Shown one piece after another: positions 1-9,779 of a stretch of 64,000 nucleotides of DNA. A model generated the notes under the pieces. That model was not told the origin of the DNA. It ran no database searches and saw nothing but the letters and a program-made list of their open reading frames with translations. Made by a program: the position numbers and the translations under genes. Source of the DNA: an uncultured bacterium (GTDB lineage Bacteria; Armatimonadota; HRBIN16); the NCBI GenBank assembly GCA_964579145.1, contig CAZOGB010000013.1, forward strand, positions 154 through 64,153. Direction: 5' to 3'. Numbering within the stretch: position 1 is the stretch's first letter; each line of letters opens with the position of its first letter.

Positions 1-123
1 AGGGCTATAATCTGCTTCAGCGGGTTTTGTCCTGTGTGTTGCACCACCTCTCGATTGCAGGCGGAAGAAGTCAACCTTTAGGTTTTGGTGGCGCTTCAGA
101 CCTGCTTTCCGCGACAGCGTTTG

Positions 124-3100
124 TCATGGAGTTTCAATTTGACATTGCTTACCTACGGGGGCCTCCTGTAATCTTCGAAGCAGTACTTCAAGATAGCGTG
201 CAACAGGACCCCGCTGGAGGTACTGGTGAGCAAACTGGTTTCGGTAGCTTCTCAAGCATCCGTAGCAGCTTGCGTTTTCGTCGCAGCCACACTTACCCCT
301 GACTCGCTCGAAGGCAGCACCTAAACAGGATACTAGTATTCTACTCTCTTCTAACTGTGCCACGAGACCTGCCCCACCTGGCACATTGTCGTATAAGACG
401 ATGGGAAGAATGGTGTGTTGTTCCTTATAATCCACTGTTGCATTGAGATCGGTAGACGGAACCTCCAATACCTCTGCTGCACCCTCTACTATAGCACAAG
501 CCAGTGAATAAGCGAACCAAATAGGGTCAGTACTATCCTCAGGCTTGACATGGAATAGAAGCTGCAGCACGTCGGTCACGAACTCGTGTCCCAAGGAAAC
601 TTGCTCAAGTGTACCTCGGCAATCTTGACCATATGGATCTCTGTGGCTTTTTACACGGCTTCTAAAGCCAGCTCCGCATTCACGACAAACGTAGAACCCC
701 TCTCCTCTTCGCCCTTCGCACAAAACCACCATTCGCCCAGGGGAAGCCTTTTGTATGCTAATGAGAGGATAGCGGGGGTCTGGGAGAACGATAATATCTG
801 GTTGACGTTCCACCGAACCTGCGAAATATGGACGAGTTGAAAAAGCTCTTGTAGTACGCGATCTTGGTTCCTTTGGTCTCTCTCTATCGGTTATAAAGCC
901 AAAAAGCGGAACGATGTACTGACAAGTCACGAGACGATCACCACATGGTGCCTCGGGGGCACTTTGTCCTTGTTCCCACTGCATGAACACGTTGTGTTTT
1001 GCACATCGTATGTAGAACCTCCGCTGCCACTCCTTTCCGGCAACCTTCTTGAGCCCATAGGATGTCCATTCCTTCTTATTTGCAACAATCTTGCTGGTGG
1101 GAGCAAACTCGGAAATAGCTATACTGAGGTCTCTTTGGAGAAGCACTTCAAAGGCTTCTTGATTTTTTAGCGCTCTTTGCGTATCAAGTTCGACCACATC
1201 CACTGGAAAGCCATATTTAGGTATAACTGCTTTGCGAGACAGAAACGAAAGCACTTCTTCTTGGCTGATTGTGTCTGCTCGCCTTGCTGCCCATTGGGCG
1301 GTTTTATAGTCCCTCTGTTCCGCCGATACTTTTTCGAGTTTTTTGACATTTTGATAGTCACTGGATACTTCAGCTTCTGCAAGAGCAAGACGGCTTTCGT
1401 CTCCTGCGATTCTCTCCACCCACTCGTCGTTTTCCAGACCGACCTTATCAAACATGTCTGGTGGGACGATTGCACGAAGACACGTTCGTATTCCATCTTT
1501 GTTGTTTTCCAGAAAATCTTTAAAATCAACACAACCTGTTGGCTGTTCTAAGTTTCTGAACAGCTGTTCTACGGTACGGAACCGTTCTGGGAACTGCCGG
1601 AAAAAACAAGAAAGAGCTACCGCAGTGACGTGGCGAGCGATAATCTTTTCGTTCCTCAAGCTCAAAACTGGCGGACGAACTGTGCCGTTAAGCATTCGTT
1701 CTGGTTCGGCAAAGTGATACAGATCGTGAGGAGACCGACGGCAGTAGGTAATAGCAAAGCCCGGGTAGCCTCTGCGACGCCCTGCTCGCCCCACCCGCTG
1801 GGCATAGTTGAAAGCCTCAGGAGGAACATTACGCAAGAATATTGTATCCAGGTCGCCAAGATCGACACCCAACTCGAAAGTTGTGGAACAGCTCAGAACA
1901 TGGATCTTGCCTTCTTTGAATTCTCGTTGAAACTCACGGGCTTTCTCCTTGTCCAATTGGGCAGTATGTTCCTCTACGCGAAGGATTCCAGGGAGATGCT
2001 CCATGTATAGCTGACGATAGTGATTTGGCTCCAATTCGCAAACTCTTACAGGCGTAAGTTTGCCAGGGCAACGATGCCTTGGACACATATCGCGGACCGA
2101 GAGCGTGTACAGGCGTCCACAAGTATCGCACCGATAAATGGTGCTGTCATCATGTAGAAGCTGAAATCTATACCACTCAGGGTTCAGTCTCCGAGCATCC
2201 CCTACAGAGAGCAAGAGGCGGTGCTCTAGTGGACAGGATTTCTGTTCAGAGTGCATGAAGGTTTGCCAGATATGCCTCAGCACTTCCACAGCCTCATTCA
2301 ACGCTTCTTCTTCAGAAATATCTCTGACCGATCTTAGGAGCAGCTTTGCCAGAAGTTTGGCGCGCTTTCCCATCCTACCATCCCAACCACGTACACTTTG
2401 CTCTCGTCTCGGATCGCCGATGCGGAAACACGTTTGAGAAGCCTGTAGTTTTAGGTCACTCCAGCTTAGCAAGACACCACTTTCTGCCTTCAATTCCACT
2501 GCCCTATCAGATCTCATAGTATCTAACAAGAGAAACACTATATCAAAAGCCTCCTGCTCAGTAAGAGACCAAGGAGGAGAAGTAAGTAAGCGGGGTACTT
2601 CAAGCCATTCCGGCCACTTGATAAACCACCGGATCAAGCCAACCCCTTCAAGTGAGACTCGTATCTCATCGGTCAAGAATTCCCGGTATAAGTCAATCCA
2701 TGCCTCTCGGCGCAGATCGATCTCTCCTGCAGCTGGGGAGGAAGCTCGCTTTTCGCGAAGGCTTTCCTGAAGCCCTCTTGCAAGTTCCCGTAAAGACAAT
2801 CCTTCCTGCGTATAGTGCTCCAGTCTTCGTGCAGTATCAAGAATTAAGTTGCGACTGAGAATATCCCGATAGGAGTTCTCAAGGTACCATGCAAAGAAGG
2901 CTGCTTCCTGCCGACCATCAGCGAATGCCAGAACTTTTTTGCGCTCTTCTGGAAGCAGAATATAGAGAGTTGTTGCAATGACAGCGTGCGGACCATCGGT
3001 CCCATGCACCACTTCCCGCACCGGGTCACGACCAGCAGCAGTATAGCCACAAGCGCTGCATCTTGCCAGTTGATCCGCCTTGTCTTCGTCCGAAGGAGAT

Positions 3101-4851
3101 TCTTCCCTAATAACGCGTAAGAAACTGTTGTGTCCGCAGGTTGGCTCGTTTCGGCTCACTTCACCACAGCGAACACAGAGATAAAGCATCGCCTTGCTGG
3201 GGATGTCATCGTTTTCATCCTCCTCGCTTTCTTCTTCACCGTTTTCGATAGGACGCAAAAACGTCGCTCCAAAATTAGCATCGTTTGGGTCACGAACAGG
3301 TTCTTGTATTTTACCTTCCTTAAAGTTCTTTCGGGCAACAAAGTAGTGTTGCCCACACTCTCGGCACAGAGCAACTTCAAAGGCGGCGCAGTCTGCTTTC
3401 CGATCTAGAAAGACCTTCTTCTCGGGCCAATAGGATACGAAAGCCCCCTCGAGTGATCTAAGGAAGAGATGGTATCGTGCGGACAGCAGTGGAGCACCGG
3501 ATAGAGGGTCTTCAGCCATGAGAAGGATATCTACCAAGTTAGCCAGTGCTTCCACACGCTTGTGCTCGGGTAGATCTTCAAAAACTTGGTCTGCGACATT
3601 TTTAACCTCCACAGGTTTACCAGTGATGAGACGGCGAAGATTTACAGAGCGGGCATCTGCCTGGAGAATTCTTCCCACATTGCGAGAGATGCTTGATTCC
3701 ATAGGTGGTGGAACGTGAACCTTTTCCGCTATCCGGCTTATGCCGTCTAAAGATGCTCCCTTTCCCGATAAGACTTTCCTAAGAACACGATAGTCTTCGT
3801 ACCCGAGCTTCGCGGAACTCGGCTCGGGAATCGGTTCTGCTTCACCTAAAATTACATCCTTTTCGTAGAAGTTCTCACCGAATAGATCGGATGCAAACTT
3901 GGCGACAGCAGATTTGTCCTGCTCTCCCCCCATCAGAGTTGCGCTGGTGGCAATACAGCGAAAAGATTCTGTTTGCCCTCCTTCCCTAAGGCGCTGCTTG
4001 AGGCGCCGCAGTAGCATTGCCATCTCTATGCCTCGCGCTCCGCGGTACTGATGAGCCTCGTCCAAGACCAAGAATGTCCACCAACGAGCACGTCCATTGT
4101 CAAAGAGAGGGCTGTCACCAGGACGAAGCAAAAGATATTCCAACATAGAATAATTGGTCAGAAGGATATGAGGTGGTGTGCGTCGCATTTCAGTGCGTAA
4201 AACAAGCTCTCCGTGTACTACTTCACCATTCTCAACGATAGAGTGACCTTGTCTGCTCGCAAGATGGTCTTGAGCATGACGGCTTAAGTCTTTCTCATCT
4301 TCGGGCGTTTCCCCAATATACTGTGCGAACGTAAACCGAAAAGGCGATTTTGCCTCTTTGAGTCGTTTGCAGATATCTCCTAGTCGGTCACGCTGGTCAT
4401 TGGCTAAAGCATTCATCGGATATAAGACCAGCGCACGTACCCCTGGCCCCAGGTTGCCCTCCAGAAATTCCCGGTAGAGATGGAGTAAGATGGGATAAAG
4501 AAATGCCTCGGTTTTTCCGCTACCTGTTCCCGTGGCAACAACCACGTTGCATCCTCTGGCTACGCGTTGAATAGCTTCCTCCTGATGCAGGTACAAGGGT
4601 CTATCTGCTTCCAACGCTCTCAAAAAACCATCGTCTGGCCAAGTCTGCAAGATGTTCTGAAGCAAGGCACGAAGTGTTGTACCGCGCTTGAAGACTGGGG
4701 TTGCTTCAAGGTACGGACCTCTACTCAGCCGTCCAGAGTCGAGCGCTTGCTCGAACGACCTTCTGAACTGGGGGTCTTTGAAGTAAAAAGTAGTTTTTAG
4801 GTAGCGCCTGTATCTTTCCTCGACATGATGGGCAATATCGATTGGGGTCAT
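124..4851 (-). CDS. DEAD/DEAH-box SF2 helicase with C-terminal DUF1998 (MrfA/DruE/DrmAB-like), 1575 aa
   Basis: Motifs I ATGTGSGKT, Ia YPMNALANDQ, II DEAH, III TSAT, V TTFELGVDLG, VI QRVGRAGRR. Several CxxC pairs. C-terminal LGHEFVTD...YDNVPGGAG...CGCDENASCYGC is typical of DUF1998. RBS GGAGAGG upstream. Confidence 0.92.
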   Translation of the reverse strand: MTPIDIAHHVEERYRRYLKTTFYFKDPQFRRSFEQALDSGRLSRGPYLEATPVFKRGTTLRALLQNILQTWPDDGFLRALEADRPLYLHQEEAIQRVARGCNVVVATGTGSGKTEAFLYPILLHLYREFLEGNLGPGVRALVLYPMNALANDQRDRLGDICKRLKEAKSPFRFTFAQYIGETPEDEKDLSRHAQDHLASRQGHSIVENGEVVHGELVLRTEMRRTPPHILLTNYSMLEYLLLRPGDSPLFDNGRARWWTFLVLDEAHQYRGARGIEMAMLLRRLKQRLREGGQTESFRCIATSATLMGGEQDKSAVAKFASDLFGENFYEKDVILGEAEPIPEPSSAKLGYEDYRVLRKVLSGKGASLDGISRIAEKVHVPPPMESSISRNVGRILQADARSVNLRRLITGKPVEVKNVADQVFEDLPEHKRVEALANLVDILLMAEDPLSGAPLLSARYHLFLRSLEGAFVSYWPEKKVFLDRKADCAAFEVALCRECGQHYFVARKNFKEGKIQEPVRDPNDANFGATFLRPIENGEEESEEDENDDIPSKAMLYLCVRCGEVSRNEPTCGHNSFLRVIREESPSDEDKADQLARCSACGYTAAGRDPVREVVHGTDGPHAVIATTLYILLPEERKKVLAFADGRQEAAFFAWYLENSYRDILSRNLILDTARRLEHYTQEGLSLRELARGLQESLREKRASSPAAGEIDLRREAWIDLYREFLTDEIRVSLEGVGLIRWFIKWPEWLEVPRLLTSPPWSLTEQEAFDIVFLLLDTMRSDRAVELKAESGVLLSWSDLKLQASQTCFRIGDPRREQSVRGWDGRMGKRAKLLAKLLLRSVRDISEEEALNEAVEVLRHIWQTFMHSEQKSCPLEHRLLLSVGDARRLNPEWYRFQLLHDDSTIYRCDTCGRLYTLSVRDMCPRHRCPGKLTPVRVCELEPNHYRQLYMEHLPGILRVEEHTAQLDKEKAREFQREFKEGKIHVLSCSTTFELGVDLGDLDTIFLRNVPPEAFNYAQRVGRAGRRRGYPGFAITYCRRSPHDLYHFAEPERMLNGTVRPPVLSLRNEKIIARHVTAVALSCFFRQFPERFRTVEQLFRNLEQPTGCVDFKDFLENNKDGIRTCLRAIVPPDMFDKVGLENDEWVERIAGDESRLALAEAEVSSDYQNVKKLEKVSAEQRDYKTAQWAARRADTISQEEVLSFLSRKAVIPKYGFPVDVVELDTQRALKNQEAFEVLLQRDLSIAISEFAPTSKIVANKKEWTSYGLKKVAGKEWQRRFYIRCAKHNVFMQWEQGQSAPEAPCGDRLVTCQYIVPLFGFITDRERPKEPRSRTTRAFSTRPYFAGSVERQPDIIVLPDPRYPLISIQKASPGRMVVLCEGRRGEGFYVCRECGAGFRSRVKSHRDPYGQDCRGTLEQVSLGHEFVTDVLQLLFHVKPEDSTDPIWFAYSLACAIVEGAAEVLEVPSTDLNATVDYKEQHTILPIVLYDNVPGGAGLVAQLEESRILVSCLGAAFERVRGKCGCDENASCYGCLRSYRNQFAHQYLQRGPVARYLEVLLRRLQEAPVGKQCQIETP

Positions 4852-4863
4852 AGTATCCTCTCC

Positions 4864-7254
4864 CTAGCGTAGACTATATAATTCCGTCTTATGCTTTTCA
4901 ATCAGATGTTTCCACCTTGCCTCATTTGTTTCCCGCACTGTATTAGCGCACAGCTCGCACCTATAGACAATAGGGAGTTGGCGCATAACCTTTTCCCGGA
5001 TTTCGTTGACATCATCGATGGTACGAAAGCTGACTGTTGCCCCCCAATGACAGGTATCGATGTGTTGCTGGATTTTGCTGGTCGGGCTTGCAGGGTCGCC
5101 TGATTCTGCATAAAAATCGCAGTAAGCACACTTGTAAATCTCATGGGGGAGTCCGTAGATAAAAGAACGTAGCTCTTGGTAAGAGTTCAACGGAGCGAAA
5201 AACTCATTCAGGTGTGCAGTTTGTATGTGACGATATATATCAGCCTCTCCAAGAGAGGCAAAGTTACACTTATTGCAGACAGCTTTAACTACCAGTTCGC
5301 CGAGGATGCCCTCATAATTTTTTTGTTCCTGAGAAATCCACACCTTGAGAGGAAACTTTCCGAGACAGTTCAATTCCTCTGCTCCACTGAAATCGCGAAG
5401 CGGTATAGAGACTTCCTTTTCACCTACCCCTACATCGTAATAGCGAGAATTCTCTTGCTTGAACCCTATACCTATCTTGTCTATCCATCGTTTTTGGGGT
5501 AACCGCAGCCATATTGCAGTGTTTGATGTCGGGAGCATCATGTCTCTTGAGAAGTCCAGGGGCTTGTCTTTCCACTGCGATGGCTTGCTATTCTCTTCTG
5601 CGACACCCCACCAAACTCTGTCCACCAGGAGCGCCAGAGTCACCTGGGGACCATTTTCGTAGCCAATTCGCCAACGAGTCATATCGTAATCGGGTTTGGC
5701 CGGTACTGTTAGAATAATTCTTCCATCTTCTTGATCAACCGACATATCTCGTAAGTTGTCAAGTGGGTATAAGTTGACATCCTTCTCACAGGAAAGTTGA
5801 ATACGAATCGCTTTATGTCCACCTGCAAAAGGGAGGGGAGATGTCGTTTGTGTTTCAATCTGCTGAAGCCCTAGTAGAAATCTAAAGTCCAAGCTCTCCA
5901 CGAGGTCCTCGTTCTCATCGTAGAACCTGATGAAATACCATCCTCCTCTTCTATCCAGGATTTCGGAAGGTAATTCCTGCTCTGTCCGACTAGGATCGGG
6001 GCTGAACTGTGTGCGCCATTTTCCTCGGCCGTGTCCCTCCTCTCCGAGAACTATTATTCTGATTTCTTTCCATATCTCCTTTTCTGTGGCACGAATCGTT
6101 GGGAGATTACTGAAAAGTGGTCCTACACCTTCGCTTGCATCTTCAATTTTATGCCCGATCAAGGTAAAGCAAGCTGACCTCATGGGAAGCTGCAAAACTT
6201 TCCCGCCAGAGCGGAACACGATCCCGTACGTGGAGTTCTTCTGTATATCGAAGAAATGAGCACGGTATCCTTCAATGGCAACGAATTCAGGTGCCACTGG
6301 TGGCGGTCCTGACATAGTTTCATCCCGCTCCCAAGCGTCCCCTGCAACCACAAGATATGAACCCAGCGTCGCCAACCTAACACGCCTGCCATCCCTCAAA
6401 TCTTGACCACTCAGTTTAAACAATAGATAATCCTCAGTATCAAACGCGATACTATGGGTGTGAAGCAAGCCGTTCTCTGTCCATTGCACAAGAACCTGAT
6501 CGCGGATGGAATTAAGAATCCATCGGTTCTCGCGGTCCGGGTCAGCAAAAAGGAATGCCTCTCCCTGGCGAATCTCGAGGTCGGAGCACTTCAGCATTTT
6601 CGTAGGCAATTCTATCCCAATAAACCACATCCGCTCTTTCTTCCAACAAACTACTTCTGGCTTTAGGAAATTACGCAGGGTGAACTGCGTAGAGGCTTCC
6701 CCACCGTAGGTGGTACCTCGTGGTCTGCCCCCCCTATTTATAGGGTCCCGTCGTCGCTTTGCTACCGAGACCGATAAATGGCCTTGCATTACACGCTGCG
6801 ATACAGCAACCTCTTGCTGTTGAACATCCTCCGCCCCTGATGACGCCCCGTTCTGTAGCATTATCGACCGAGCATCTACTACTGAGGATGATGCCTGATT
6901 CTCTTGCCGGCGTTCATCCGTTGGTTCTATCTGTCCCAAGCCCTGTGGTTCGTCTGAACACTCGAGATCTCCCGACTTCGTAGTTTCCGGTTCCTGTACA
7001 GCTACTGACAGGGTTTCTCGGAAGACCGTTGGGGTGCTCTCTTCAACAACATCGGGTTGGATACTCGCTGTTGCTACTCGTGTTTGCCCGTCTACGAGCT
7101 CGATGCCTTGCGCTTCATCTGCGTGGTGGGGCTGTGCCGCCTCAGCTGCTTCTGCTTCGTGCGATTGCTTACGCTTGCGTGCCACTAAGTAGACTGCGGT
7201 AGCGGTTGCGGCTAATACGAGAAAGAAAGCGCAGAACACGGTTACTGACCTCAT
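4864..7254 (-). CDS. Hypothetical membrane-anchored protein with three C-terminal C2H2 zinc fingers (about 796 aa)
   Basis: Long ORF 12 nt upstream of the helicase. N-terminal TM VFCAFFLVLAATATAVYLVA followed by RKRK. C-terminal CNKC-x12-H-x4-H, CAYC-x18-H-x4-H, CELC-x13-H-x4-H. ATG 7254 lies 8 nt after GAGGAG and is preferred over GTG 7263. Confidence 0.85.
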   Translation of the reverse strand: MRSVTVFCAFFLVLAATATAVYLVARKRKQSHEAEAAEAAQPHHADEAQGIELVDGQTRVATASIQPDVVEESTPTVFRETLSVAVQEPETTKSGDLECSDEPQGLGQIEPTDERRQENQASSSVVDARSIMLQNGASSGAEDVQQQEVAVSQRVMQGHLSVSVAKRRRDPINRGGRPRGTTYGGEASTQFTLRNFLKPEVVCWKKERMWFIGIELPTKMLKCSDLEIRQGEAFLFADPDRENRWILNSIRDQVLVQWTENGLLHTHSIAFDTEDYLLFKLSGQDLRDGRRVRLATLGSYLVVAGDAWERDETMSGPPPVAPEFVAIEGYRAHFFDIQKNSTYGIVFRSGGKVLQLPMRSACFTLIGHKIEDASEGVGPLFSNLPTIRATEKEIWKEIRIIVLGEEGHGRGKWRTQFSPDPSRTEQELPSEILDRRGGWYFIRFYDENEDLVESLDFRFLLGLQQIETQTTSPLPFAGGHKAIRIQLSCEKDVNLYPLDNLRDMSVDQEDGRIILTVPAKPDYDMTRWRIGYENGPQVTLALLVDRVWWGVAEENSKPSQWKDKPLDFSRDMMLPTSNTAIWLRLPQKRWIDKIGIGFKQENSRYYDVGVGEKEVSIPLRDFSGAEELNCLGKFPLKVWISQEQKNYEGILGELVVKAVCNKCNFASLGEADIYRHIQTAHLNEFFAPLNSYQELRSFIYGLPHEIYKCAYCDFYAESGDPASPTSKIQQHIDTCHWGATVSFRTIDDVNEIREKVMRQLPIVYRCELCANTVRETNEARWKHLIEKHKTELYSLR

Positions 7255-7337
7255 ATTATGCACTCCTCTACTTCCCGAACCGGAACCCGTCTAGGCGGTA
7301 GCAGGCAGACTGTGCGTCTTGCATGCTTCTACTTTTA

Positions 7338-7374
7338 ATCTTAGCAGTACCATTAAAGTTTTGGCAACTTGCCA
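7338..7374 (-). promoter_or_regulatory. Putative sigma70 promoter of the helicase operon (TTGCCA-N18-TAAGAT), with the -35 inside the palindrome TGGCAA-C-TTGCCA
   Basis: Minus-strand TTGCCA 7367-7362 and TAAGAT 7343-7338; perfect inverted hexamer 7362-7374. Confidence 0.45.
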
Positions 7375-7486
7375 CTTTTCGATTCTCCATCTTACACCCG
7401 CCTATCCTTTCTTCCCAGCGAAAGCAGGAGAATACCCGTCCACTCCCGAAAGTGCTTACGGGAAACGTGCGCAAAAGGAGAGCGGG

Positions 7487-8305
7487 ATGGAAATCGGCGT
7501 TATCAACAGTTTAACCAACGGTGGGCGATGCTTTGACCACGTGGCGCAGTTCGGCTTGCATGTGTGTCAGCTGGCGTGCTGGGATACCCGCCTGGCGACG
7601 CGCGAGGTGGCGCAGACGGTGGTGGAAGAGTCGGCAAGGGCGGGAGTGCGTGTGTGTGCCGTGTGGGCTGGCTGGAGTGGTCCTGCAGAATGGAACTTCA
7701 CGCGCGGACCGGTGACGCTAGGCTTGGTGCCGCCTGAATACCGTGCCCAGCGTGTGGAAGAGCTGAAACGGTGGGCGGATTTCGCCCGGTGGATTGGTGC
7801 GCCTGCTATCATCACCCACTGCGGCTTCATCCCCGAAAACATGACCGACCCCGAATATCCGCCGGTGGTGGAGGCGATTCGCGAAGTGGCTCAGTATTGC
7901 GCGGAGCGGGGCATCGGCTTCTGGTTTGAGACCGGGCAGGAGACGCCAGTGGTGCTTCTGCGAACGATCCAGCGTGTGGGAACGGGCAATCTGGGCATCA
8001 ACCTGGACCCCGCCAACCTTATCCTGTACGGCAAGGGCAACCCGATAGACGCGCTGGACGTCATCGGTCAATATGTGCGCAATGTGCACGTGAAAGACGG
8101 ACTGTATCCTACCGACGGCGACCATCTGGGGCGTGAGGTGCCAGTTGGGCAGGGCAGGGTACGCTTTCCAGAGTTTCTGAAGCGGCTCAAAGAGATAGGC
8201 TTTGACGGTGAGCTGATTATCGAGCGCGAAATCAGCGGCGAACAGCAGATTCGAGACATCCGTCAGGCGGTTAACGACCTGCAGAGGTGGCTTGCCGAAG
8301 TGTAA
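7487..8305 (+). CDS. Sugar phosphate isomerase/epimerase (xylose isomerase-like TIM barrel, AP endonuclease 2 family)
   Basis: WFETGQE, INLDPANL, VHVKDG, IIERE metal-binding pattern. Start ATG 7487 follows AGGAG; the ORF-track extension to 7319 is not supported. Confidence 0.88.
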   Translation: MEIGVINSLTNGGRCFDHVAQFGLHVCQLACWDTRLATREVAQTVVEESARAGVRVCAVWAGWSGPAEWNFTRGPVTLGLVPPEYRAQRVEELKRWADFARWIGAPAIITHCGFIPENMTDPEYPPVVEAIREVAQYCAERGIGFWFETGQETPVVLLRTIQRVGTGNLGINLDPANLILYGKGNPIDALDVIGQYVRNVHVKDGLYPTDGDHLGREVPVGQGRVRFPEFLKRLKEIGFDGELIIEREISGEQQIRDIRQAVNDLQRWLAEV

Positions 8306-8320
8306 ATGGAGGGAATGAGG

Positions 8321-9760
8321 ATGAAAGACCTGGTGCTTTTAGCCATAGACACTGCGAAGGGGAAGGGAGCAACCTACGCCGATGCACGCATCGTGCGTCT
8401 GCGCCGGCAGAACATCGCCTGCGAAGACCAGCGCGTGAGCCTGCTGGCTGACACCGAAGACTGGGGAATTGGCGTGCGGGTGATTGCCGATGGAGCGTGG
8501 GGCTTTGCGGGCACGTCGGTGCTGACGCGCGAGGAGGTTCAGCGTGTCGCCGCCGAGGCGGTAGCCATTGCCAAAGCCAGCGCATCCGCCCGACGCAAGC
8601 CGGTACAGCTCGCGCCCGAGCCGGTGCACCACATGAGCTTCCGCTCGGCGTGCGAGGTTGACCCCTTCACCGTGCCGATTGACCAGAAAGTGGGACTGCT
8701 CCTGCAGATTAACGAGGCATTGTTAAAGCACGAGGGCATCCGCAAGGCGAACAGCTTTATGCTCTTCAAGCGCGAGGAGCGATGGTTTGCCAGCACCGAA
8801 GGCTCGTTGATGGACAGCATCATCTACACTACCGCCACGGGGTATACCGCTACCGCCGTGGGCGAAAGAGACGCCCGAAGCCGCACCTATGCGCCTCCGC
8901 CCCGCACCATGGGCTACGAAAACATCCGCGCCGACGACCTACTTGCCAACACGGAGCGCGTGGCGCAACAGGCGCTGGAGCACCTGAAAGCCCCTGAAGT
9001 GGACGATATGGTGACCGACCTGGTGCTGGACCCGCTGAACCTTGCGCTGACCATGCACGAGTCGGTGGGGCATCCGAGCGAGCTCGACCGCGCGTTGGGC
9101 TACGAGGAGTCGCTGGCGGGACGCAGTTTCGCTACGCCCGACAAACTGCACAAACTGCAGTATGGTTCGCCAATCGTGAACTTCGTGGCGGATAACACCC
9201 TGCCCGGTGGACTGGCGACCCAGGGCTTTGACGACGACGGCGTAGAATGCCAGCGATGGTACATCGTGAAGGACGGCATCTTCTGCGGCTACAGCACCAG
9301 TCGCGAGGTTGCCGCCGAAATCGGGATGGCACGCAGTACCGGCTCCACCCGTGCCGACAGCTGGGGGAGTATTCCTATTGTGCGCCAGCCAAATCTTTCA
9401 CTGATGCCGGGCAAAGAGCCTCTCTCCCCCGAGGAGCTGATTGCCGATACGAAGGATGGCATCTACATAGAAGGCATGGGCAGTTTCTCCATTGACCAGA
9501 TGCGCCAGAACTTTCAGTTCGGTGGAGATGCCTTCTGGCGTATCAAGAACGGCAAACTGGTGCACATGCTGAAGAACGTCACCTATCACAGCATCACCGA
9601 GAAGTTCTGGAACTCGTGCGATGCCATCTGCGATGAACGGTTCTGGGTTCCCAACGGCGTGCTGAACTGCGGGAAGGGCGACCCCATGCAGATTGCGCAG
9701 ATGACGCACGGCGCGGCGACCGCCCGCTTCCGCCAGGTACAGGTGCGGCGGGCGAGGTGA
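8321..9760 (+). CDS. tldD: TldD/PmbA family metalloprotease (TldD type)
   Basis: YADAR N-terminus, HESVGH (HExxxH), FDDDG, NCGKG motif. Start ATG 8321 lies 8 nt after GGAGG. Confidence 0.9.
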   Translation: MKDLVLLAIDTAKGKGATYADARIVRLRRQNIACEDQRVSLLADTEDWGIGVRVIADGAWGFAGTSVLTREEVQRVAAEAVAIAKASASARRKPVQLAPEPVHHMSFRSACEVDPFTVPIDQKVGLLLQINEALLKHEGIRKANSFMLFKREERWFASTEGSLMDSIIYTTATGYTATAVGERDARSRTYAPPPRTMGYENIRADDLLANTERVAQQALEHLKAPEVDDMVTDLVLDPLNLALTMHESVGHPSELDRALGYEESLAGRSFATPDKLHKLQYGSPIVNFVADNTLPGGLATQGFDDDGVECQRWYIVKDGIFCGYSTSREVAAEIGMARSTGSTRADSWGSIPIVRQPNLSLMPGKEPLSPEELIADTKDGIYIEGMGSFSIDQMRQNFQFGGDAFWRIKNGKLVHMLKNVTYHSITEKFWNSCDAICDERFWVPNGVLNCGKGDPMQIAQMTHGAATARFRQVQVRRAR

Positions 9761-9779
9761 CGCGCATTGTCCCCCTGCC

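Noticed and set aside
27-302. 91-aa plus-strand ORF and other short ORFs antisense to the helicase and its partner
   Set aside because: Shadow frames of long genes with clear motifs; no RBS or recognisable features.
7268-7474. 68-aa minus ORF and the 7319 extension of the isomerase
   Set aside because: They span the AT-rich promoter region; the real start at 7487 has an RBS and homology begins there.
8321-9760. tldD without an adjacent tldE/pmbA or precursor peptide
   Set aside because: Split tldD/tldE loci are common and no RiPP genes are nearby.
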